DNA of 56,990 nt from Nemertoderma westbladi (taxonomy: Eukaryota; Animalia; Xenacoelomorpha), in assembly GCA_032718475.1 (NCBI GenBank), contig JAUCBJ010006255.1:1-56990 (forward strand). The letters are read 5' to 3'. This document shows, piece after piece, positions 48,370 through 56,990 of this stretch. The notes below the pieces were generated by a model. That model saw only the letters and a program-made list of their open reading frames with translations. It had not been told where the DNA came from and searched no databases. The translations under genes and the position numbers were made by a program. Each line of letters begins with the position of its first letter. Positions within the stretch are counted from its first letter, which is position 1.

Positions 48370-48720
48370 TAGCACCCTGCCCAAACTCTGAATCGTGACC
48401 CAAATATGGAGTATAGAGACCATTGTATGGGATGTTCCTATCGATAATGGGCATATGTTTCGTTTAAGTCTAGTTGACATTTATCGAGTTCCAATTTCCG
48501 CCAATTAGAGTGTTCCAATCTTAGACCTCCAGCAGAATACGGTCGTGACCCAACCAGGGTGTTGAGATTAAGGTGAGGGATGTTCCTATCGAGTATGGAC
48601 AAGTTTCATTTAATTCTATTCGAGACTTATCAGTTTCAGATTCAGCAAATCAGAGCATTCCATTTGAAGTTTACATTCATTACGAGTTTCGTTTAATTCT
48701 AGTTGATATTTATCGACGAG
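48370..48720. repeat. ~150-bp diverged tandem repeat (2+ units)
   Basis: cgtgacccaa (48394, 48544), gggatgttcctatcga twice, tttc.tttaa.tcta.t.ga three times. Confidence 0.7.
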
Positions 48721-48729
48721 AACTTAGAA

Positions 48730-50280
48730 TAATTTAATTAATAATGTGGCGCCTTGAGGGATGCCGGTGTTGAGAGGAAGATAAGAGGAAGTATTATTAC
48801 CGATGGAAACGCATTGGGAGCGAGTTGAAAGATAGCTGAAGAATAGTTGAAGGGGAAGGCCACGAATACCATAGCAAGATAGTTTTTTGAGAAGGATATT
48901 GTGGTTAATAGTGGCTTTTTTTAAATCAATATAAATTATCGTCTATAGGGATTGGTGTAGATTTTCGATGACAGAAAACAGAGCATGGGTGGTGGAAGTT
49001 TTAGGGTGTAAACCACAGGATGATAGGATAGATATTTTATGTAGGTATGATATAAGCTGAGGGGTAATTATCTGTTTGAATACTTTACTAAGAATGGACA
49101 AGAGGGAAATATGCTGATAGTTGTTACAATCAGAGGTGTCACCAGATTTAAAAATTGGGATGGGTTGATATGTCGGGTTGGTCTACCGGGTGAGGAAGGA
49201 ATAGTTATTGATGGTGTTAGTTGCTAGTGATTGGCCAAAGGTGGAGAAGTGTTGATTGAATAGTTCAGCTATAATAGTTGGGTCAGTAATGGATTCAGTA
49301 GAAGGGCCATTTATAACTGTAAGTTTGGTTGGGAGTTTGGAGGTTATGTTCCTATTGAGGGGAGAATTTATTATAAACCAAGTTTTCTTTATATTACCGG
49401 CATTAGCTTTAAACTGAGTTGCATAGTAATTTTTTTCCGCAGTATGGAGTGTAGATGTTAATTGATTACGATAAGCTGTGAAGGTGGAGTGATTTATTTG
49501 GGTTGAGTTTTTATTGAAGGTGTGGTAAAGCTTGTTTTTGGTGAGAGTACAATTTATTAATTTTTCTGTCATCCATGGTTTGAGTGGGGTGGAGCGATGT
49601 GGGACTGGGGTACGTGGGGCATTAGAAGAACAGATGTTCGTAAGATCATTGTAAAAGGCATCGAATTTATCGGAAGCATTAGAGTTATTGTTAAAGGTAC
49701 TATCGTTGAGGTATTTCAAATCAGAAAAGAATGCGGTTGGAGAGAAATTTGACAAATCGAATTTGAAAGATTGTTTGGGGGCAACGAATGAGGATGATTA
49801 TTTTAGGAGAATAACAAATGTGGGTTGGTGGTTGCTAGTGCCAATTTTACATGAGATTGTGCCAGAATTAGTGGAGTTTGAAGTGATGTTGGTGAAGATA
49901 TGGTCGATAAGTGTTTCAGAATGAATGGTTCGATTGTGGAGTTCAGAGTGAATAATTCGTTTAGGTTGATTAATTATTTGGACGAAACCATAAGAGGTCA
50001 GTAGGTCGATATAGGAAGATGAAGCAGTTTTCGGTTTAAGTAGGTTAATGTTCATATCACCAGTTATAATGATTTCAAGGTTATTTTTGGAAAGGTTAGA
50101 AAAAGTGGAATTGAGTATGGTAAGAAAGCAGTATGAGCTACAGAGTCAGGGTGATAGATTGTACCAATTAAAAGCGGTTTGGAATTATGGGGACGTTTAA
50201 TTTTTATCCAAGTACTCTCGAGCCCAGCCATTTGGATATCGGCAAAACCACTGAATTCAAGATTATTTGAAACGAAAATT
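48730..50280 (-). mobile_element. Decayed CR1-group LINE ORF2 (APE + start of RT)
   Basis: TGDMNINLL, TLIDHIFTN, KPWMT, NIKKTW, PIFKSG..NY..ISLLSILSKVF across frameshifts. Confidence 0.85.
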
Positions 50281-50486
50281 TAGGTTATTTTAATTAAGGT
50301 TTAAATGTTTGCCATATGAACGTTTAGTTAAACGAGGGTCGTGATATCCTGCAATTTTATATATATTTATAATTAAGCCGGAGTGGTGGCACTTTTTATA
50401 CAGTAAGTAGATAATGAAAAGTATTAGCACAGTATAAAATAAACTATGTATATATATATATTTACTATAGAGTTTAAAAATCTAGC

Positions 50487-52654
50487 TTACTTGGTGGCTG
50501 TTGAAACTGAAAGTAATTTCGGATTCTTTATGTAGTGGGTTGCTGTGATGGCCTTTGTAAAAGTAGTTGTTATGTGTTTGGTGAATGATAGTGTACACTG
50601 GAAGGTAACGCCTAGATATTTGTATGAGTTCGTAATATTTACTGGATCGCCATTATATGTGAATTTATCAGATGCGGCCAATCGGCCACCCCGACGGAAC
50701 TTCATCACGGCTGTCTTGCTGAGGTTTACTTTGAGTCCGTTGTCGGCTGCCCATGTTGCTGTGGCATCTAAGCCAGCCTGTACGGCTTCCCTGGATTCAC
50801 TATAGAATAATAGATCGTCTGCGAACAGCAGCACAAAAATCTCCGCGATACGGATGGTGGCAAGTTTGATGAAGTCTACAATATCAAAAATGTATAAGAT
50901 GAAAAACAATGGGCTAAGGGTGTCACCTTGAAGTACGCCTTGTGCTTGTTGTATTATTTTAGATTTACGTAAACCGTCGAAAATTTGAATGTAGTTCATG
51001 TTCAAAATTGCCTTGATTATCCGCAGTAAGTTTCCTCGTATGTTGAACGTGTATTGTAGTTTAAACAGTAACCGGGCGCATGGAACGCTGTCAAACGCTT
51101 TACTGAAATCTATGTATACCGCGTATAGTGGTTTCCTAGGTGACGACAGAGTGCTGTGTATACAGTTGATAAACTGCGCAAGTGGGGTAGCTGTGGACCT
51201 GCCTGGCATGAAACCAAATTGCTCTGGGGGAATCCGATGTGAGACGAGTTTACGAAGGCGTTTCTCGACGAGACTAGTTAGTATCTTAAATGCATTGCAC
51301 AGTAAGGCTATACCGCTATAGCAATTTGGGTCTGACCTAGACCCTTTGCCTTTGTACAATACTCGCATAATGCTGGACTTCCAAGATGTCACTAGAGTGC
51401 TGGTGGATAAGCAGAGGTTGAACAACGTTGTCCACAGGAGAAGGGTGAGTGGTAACACGGCCTTGAACAGCTCGTATGGCAGTCAGTCAGGACCTCCCGA
51501 TTTGCCAGACGGTTTGTCTCTAATGATTGCTTCTTCTTCAGTGAATGGAGGGGAGTCATCGATATCTGATTCCGATATTTCATCTGTTATATTGACGTCC
51601 GAATGCTCTAATGAATGCTCTACAAAATCATCGCGTTGTAGGACCCTGCTGAAATGATTTTCCCATACTTCTAATGTTACCGGACAGCTCCCTTGCTCTT
51701 TATTATTTCTACACCATTTGTATGGTTGTTTTTCAGCCGCTTCGAGGAGTTTCTGTTCAGATAGCAGTGTAAACTCGTTAAGTTTATCGTTAAGGAGCTT
51801 CTTATATTCCGCCTGGCCACGCTTAGTGCGGGTCGAATGGAAGGGTCAGTCTTTGCTGAGATATTCAGGGCTAGCACTTCTCGCCATTTGGCGTAGCATT
51901 GAGCGTTAAACCACGGTTTGGAGAAGCGGTTTGTTGTCTTCTTTAGAGGCGCAGCCTCTAAGATGGCACTAGATAGGCTCGTATAAGCCTCATCAATTTT
52001 GTTTTGCTGGAGGAGAGCATTTGCCTCGTGTAAGCGACAGTCGTTTCCTAGAGCTTCGCTTTTAAGTTCTCGTTTCCGATTTGGTTCTCGATTTGGAGGT
52101 GTATTGTCTAATATATCGAAGTCCCAAACTGTTTTGACCGGGATGTGCTTCTTTAAACCGTTTGGTACACAGGTGGTGCTGCGGGCTGTCTTGTTGGAGT
52201 AGACTAAATCTATGACGCTGCTGCCATTATGGCAGATGTATGTTGCCACAAGTGGGTTTGACTGCAGCGATAAACCTGCATCTTCCATGATTTCGTTAAG
52301 GGCTGTTGCTTTGTTATCGCCATCAATATCCTGTCGTGCATTGAAGTCGCCACACATTATGATCGGACCGATATAGTTGGGCGATATTTCATCCATCACG
52401 CAAAGAACTTCCTCGATAAAGTCTTCCAATGCTGTGCTCGGTGGGAAGTAGCAGCATATCCAAATGGCTTGGTCTGTAGAGACAACTATGAATGATTTAT
52501 GTGTAGCCAGTAATTTAGGGTTTAAGTGTGGCTTTACTGCGATTACAATACCGCCCGACGGTCTACCCCGGCCACCCGGCTTAACCGCTAGCGATTCGTA
52601 TATGTAGAACCCCGGAATGCTAACCGAGTCGGTAGCCAGAGTTTCATTCATCAT
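50487..52654 (-). mobile_element. Non-LTR retrotransposon ORF2 (APE + RT), frameshifted and 3'-truncated
   Basis: NET, GRPSGG, CGDFNAR, SVIDL, KPWFN (51677..52654); EQFGFMPGRST, IDFSKAFDSV, GVLQGDTLSP, FADD, YKYLG (50487..51458). Confidence 0.92.
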
Positions 52655-53100
52655 TAAGCTGTTGAAAACGGAATCGTTATGACTGATAATCTACAGTTCG
52701 GTGTTATGCATACATAAATATTACATACATACAAACATACACATCATTCATTTACTGTAATATGCGCTATTCTTATTATAATTCAATTATTGATACTTCG
52801 TCCTGTAAACTCATGCGTAAATGAATATAGCTAAATGAATTAAATTACTACATGAACGAAATAACAATGGAAAACAAATGGTCTGTTTAACCACTCACTC
52901 TCAATATTTGCCAATTAACCACTCACTCTCAATATTTGCCAATTATCCTAGCCAATATTATACATCATTGCCAATTATTTCTAATAATGAATAAACTCCA
53001 GTATACTTTGTGAATGTTAATAATAGTGAAGTGGAATATTGTAATAGTGGAACTACTATCTAAAGTGGTGCAAATATATGAGATTAGAGAAGGTTAAAGA

Positions 53101-53733
53101 ATGTTACTGCTCTACCAATATTGTATATTCAGTTGCTGCCAATTACTCTCATGTGAAGAGTCATCATATATAAACACTTTTTCAGGAAATGAAAGGATAA
53201 TAAAAGAATTTGAGAGAAGACGTGAGTCAGTTGGAACCGATGGCAACTGGGAGTTTCTTCCGGGCCATTACATTGTAAAAGAACCACGGATATCTGAGGC
53301 AGAATGCTATGAGTGCGGTACTATCAGTTACACATCGAAAGGGGTGAAATATAATTCAGAATTTACTACTGACATTGTGCACAGAAGTTGCTACAGGAAG
53401 CAAGGGCAATGTAAGGCGCTTACAGAAGATCAATGCCAACCACTCGTCGACAGTAAATTCAAAAATTACAAAGGTGAGGTGATTGCTATCTTGTACACCA
53501 TCATAGACAGCGCTGATGGGATAGATTCAAATGACGCTGATGGGATAGATTCAAATGACAACATATATAAGCATTGCCAAAGTCATTGTTGTTCTACAGA
53601 GCAGTGCTCTGTAGATGTTTGGTTTAGAAATCTCACTACAACCACAATGATTACCCAAACTACTCCCGCTAATGGGGCCGACAAAGCCACAACAATGATG
53701 AGTGTCATCGTCATTACATTTCTCTTTTTATAA
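53101..53733 (+). CDS. Secreted cysteine-rich, putative GPI-anchored Ly6/three-finger-like protein (single exon)
   Basis: ATG start, signal-like N-terminus; ECYECG...RSC...C...C...C..HCCSTEQC; Thr-rich stalk; ANGA then hydrophobic tail VIVITFLFL; in-frame 24-bp duplication 53512-53559. Confidence 0.75.
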   Translation: MLLLYQYCIFSCCQLLSCEESSYINTFSGNERIIKEFERRRESVGTDGNWEFLPGHYIVKEPRISEAECYECGTISYTSKGVKYNSEFTTDIVHRSCYRKQGQCKALTEDQCQPLVDSKFKNYKGEVIAILYTIIDSADGIDSNDADGIDSNDNIYKHCQSHCCSTEQCSVDVWFRNLTTTTMITQTTPANGADKATTMMSVIVITFLFL

Positions 53734-53979
53734 AAACACACTACAGACAGACAGGAAGGACTGGAAAATCAATTGTTTGTGTGATCCCTACACCTGAAGC
53801 AACAATAATACCGCTCAATATTGTATTTGACTCTCATTTATGAATACCAACCAAAATCAAGGGTCTTTTTAACTAATTTGAAAGTGTGTTTTCTGGGTGA
53901 AAAGTGCTTTGTTACATTATGTCATATTATTAGCATTCTTTATAACGCTGCAAAGTAACGCAATGGCGCAGTGGCGGTA

Positions 53980-54072
53980 CGGAAAGTCGCGTTACAGCTA
54001 ATTTACAGAGTAGCCGTAACGCGACTTTGAAAGTCGCGGTACGGCTACTCAAAAAGTCGCGTAACGGCTAAT
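53980..54072. repeat. Direct/inverted 18-bp motif cluster (aaagtcgcg.tac.gcta), probable MITE subterminal repeats
   Basis: Three direct copies and one inverted copy, forming the hairpin gagtagccgtaacgcgacttt-g-aaagtcgcggtacggctactc. Confidence 0.65.
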
Positions 54073-54091
54073 CAATTGTCTTGGTTTTACA

Positions 54092-54903
54092 TAGGGAATC
54101 ATTATCAATATTATTCTATGGTGTTTACGTACAGATGAGAAACGTCCGAAAAATTTAATGTAATAATCTTTTACAGCATGGGAGTATCCAGGAGGGGGGG
54201 GGGGGGGGGGGGGATTTTAACTAAAAAAACTTAATTTATTAATTATTATATTATTATTGTTGTATTGAGTACCACAGTACACAGTACCATAAGTATATTG
54301 GTCGAAAGTATATCGATATATTGCTAAAATATTGCGCTTTGAATTAATTTATCATTATAATAATCAAAAGTATATCAAACTAAAGCTCCTAAATTAGCCA
54401 GTCATCATCGGCCGCGTATGTCATTTGGTACGTTGGTGGGTTGGGTTGGAAAGGTTCGGCCTTCGAAGGGGTGATTCGGGGTTGGGTTGGGAAGAAATGG
54501 TTCGGCCGCGAAGGGGTGGTTCGGTGGTGGGTTGGCTACTAAAGAGTATCCAGTAAGTATATACTGTACGACCAGTAAAACTATAAAGCGTGGGAATGCG
54601 TGGCAAGGATAATTGCAAAGTTACTTAGCGCAGTTTGGGGAAATGAAATAATGAAAATAAATTCAAATATAAACGTAATCCGTACCTGTGCTTTTGAGTG
54701 TAACTAAGGATGTACCAGTACCCCACAGAGAACAATATAATGAATTTGAGTTTGTTGAACGTATAAAAAAAAAGGTAAAATCCCCCCCCCCCCCCCCCCC
54801 TGTATACTCCCATGCTGTAAAACATTACTACATTACTTTTTTACATTTTTTGGACCTCATCTGTACGTAAACACCATATAATAATATTGATAATGATTCC
54901 CTG
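54092..54903. mobile_element. MITE with ~140-bp TIRs and (T/C)AGGG termini (hAT-like)
   Basis: tagggaatcattatcaatattatt...acagcatgggagtat..poly-G mirrors poly-C..atactcccatgctgt...aataatattgataatgattccctg; TSD not evident. Confidence 0.7.
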
Positions 54904-55189
54904 GTGAATAAAAAATTTAAAAAACTAATTAACATAATTTATGCAATTATTTTTTCAAATGCAAAGGCTTTTAGAGGGATGATCATCAAGTTCCTAAAAT
55001 TTCATCATTTGTGCACAATGATTTGGTGAATCAATCCTATTACCAAAATTTTGATAAATGCTTCTGTTCAAAAATAATAAAAAAAAAACAGATTTTTTGC
55101 TGTATTTTTGACAGAGTTCGCCATTTTGGCCAAAAATGTACTTTGCATTCTTCTGAAAACGCATTTAAAGTTTATGCTTAGGGTAATTC

Positions 55190-55956
55190 TGTCCAATGGA
55201 ATGTTAGAATGCACACAACCCCGCTGAAAAGTTTGTTGCAAGGGTTTTCCGGGTCGGTGATTTCATTTCTAAAGTCCGTTTACTCATTTGACAGAGTCAT
55301 GTCTGTCTGTCATTGCTGTCTGTCTGTCTGTAAAATTATAACCGACAGCTGAACAGACAAACAGACAATGTGGATGACATCAAACACGAAAATTGACATC
55401 GGAAATTAAATCACCAACCATGAAAACCCCTATAATCAAATTTTTAGCTAGTTGGTATGCATTCCTATTACTTTTACAGACCGAACGCTGGACAGACAGA
55501 AAAACCGACCGACAGACAGACATTCAGACATTGTAGGTTTAGTTAAAATTTAAAACTGACGTCGGAAATGAAATCAGCAACCAGGATTACCACCATAACA
55601 AAACTTTTATCTAGTTGGAATACTTTCCTTATATTTTGACAGACAGACAGACGGACGTACAGACAGACCGACAATCAGACGTAATAGACTTCACTAAAAA
55701 TTAGAACTGACGTCGGAAATGAAATCAGCGACCAAAAAATCCACAACAAAGAAGTTTTAGCTAGGTGGTATGATGTCCTTATATTTTGACAGACAGATCG
55801 TCGGACAGAGAGACAGAATGACAGACAGACATAGAGACATAATAGTTTTCGTTAAAAGTGAAAACTCACGTTTAGAATACAATCAGCGACCAGGAATACC
55901 AAAATAACATAACTTTTACCAAGATAGAACGCTTTTGTTATATTTTGACAGACAAA
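55190..55956. repeat. ~155-bp tandem units with (gaca)n microsatellite, DINE-1/Helentron-like
   Basis: actgacgtcggaaatgaaatcagc, ttttatctagttgg, tattttgacagacaga recur ~4 times; first unit inverted (55200-55330). Confidence 0.75.
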
Positions 55957-56347
55957 TAATAATAATAATAAATGAAATTTGTATTTGGTGTTGCAGGCGC
56001 CCTTATGGAGTATTTACACTCTTATCAGGGCGCCTGCAGCTGCCACACTACTAATCTAATTTACAATTACCGGTAAACAAAAGGGTTTTCAGTTCGCGCC
56101 TAAATGAGTCATAGGTCATCATGGATTCAGTTGATCGGGTCGATGGCGGTAGTTTATTCCACAAACGAGGGGCAAACGAGTAGAAGCTCTTCGATGCTAG
56201 GGTGTTTTTCACAAGTGGGACAGAAAGCTTTGAGAGATTGCTGGATCGCAACGTACGGGTATCCTCAAGGATAGATATTTCATTGCGCAAATAAGTCGGG
56301 GCAGTCCCAGACAGACATTTAAATGTGAGACAAACCGTCAGAAACAC
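55957..56347 (-). mobile_element. L2-clade LINE 3' end
   Basis: APTYL..RTLRSS..VP..SFYSFAPRLWNKLP..FRRELKTLLF; 3' gcgccc/gggcgc stem and (tat)n tail. Confidence 0.88.
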
Positions 56348-56990
56348 AGGGATTGAAAATGAAAAATCGATTTTTTTTCTGAACTAGTCTAATCCCTTAA
56401 TAATTATTCCGTTCTTCGTTCTACAGTATTAAAAGGCTATTCATATTGAGTGTTAAAGATTCTTGTTTATTTATTTAAAATTACATCTCTATGCTCGCTC
56501 ACTCGGTACATACTCTCGATTCATTACACTGAAAAGTGCCACTAGATGTAAATAGTTATGACACTAGTCAATAAACTTTGGTAAATATTGCAATGTAATA
56601 GCTATTTACACTAACTATTCATATATATGTTTAACTTATACACCATGACCCGTAATATAGTGTCATTTTCTGATGACACGGACCCCCCACCCCCCCCCCC
56701 CCCCCAAATTTTTCTACAAATCTTTATCATATTGCTTTAAATTGGAAATACAACTAGTTCAACTCACCGTGGTTGTTACCATGAAGCCGGAATTTTCGAT
56801 TTCGCCTTTAAATTTTATTCATAAGCTTTCGAAATCGCACCCTCCGTATCGTGGCCATTCTTCACTTTAGTCGTAATTTTTTCATATCAATAGAAAGCTT
56901 GCATTGAAAGGATTCCAAATCTGTAGCCATCTGAATTTCATTGAGAAACAGCTGAGAAATAGGCGTTTAAAGATTGCAAGAATTATTGTT

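Overview
AT-rich eukaryotic (most likely invertebrate metazoan) genomic DNA made almost entirely of nested transposable elements. The only plausible host genes are two single-exon ORFs (15066..15749, 53101..53733) encoding secreted, cysteine-rich, probably GPI-anchored Ly6/three-finger-like proteins. TE content read from the sequence: an Academ-type element with long TIRs (7617..12687); a ~16 kb MULE shell (17495..33506) holding a P-type foldback, a young Penelope-like element with inverted pLTRs and a hammerhead-like motif, a BEL/Pao remnant and three TIR-only hairpin MITEs; piggyBac MITEs and a transposase relic; hAT- and Tc1-type MITEs; a Helentron/DINE-1-like family; and many RTE, CR1/L2 and RTEX-like LINE fragments. 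The most unusual item is a short-TIR insertion with a 14-bp target duplication (empty site visible in the opposite Academ arm) that carries an uninterrupted 684-aa RT ORF. All calls were made by eye without database searches, so superfamily names rest on termini, TSD lengths and protein motifs.
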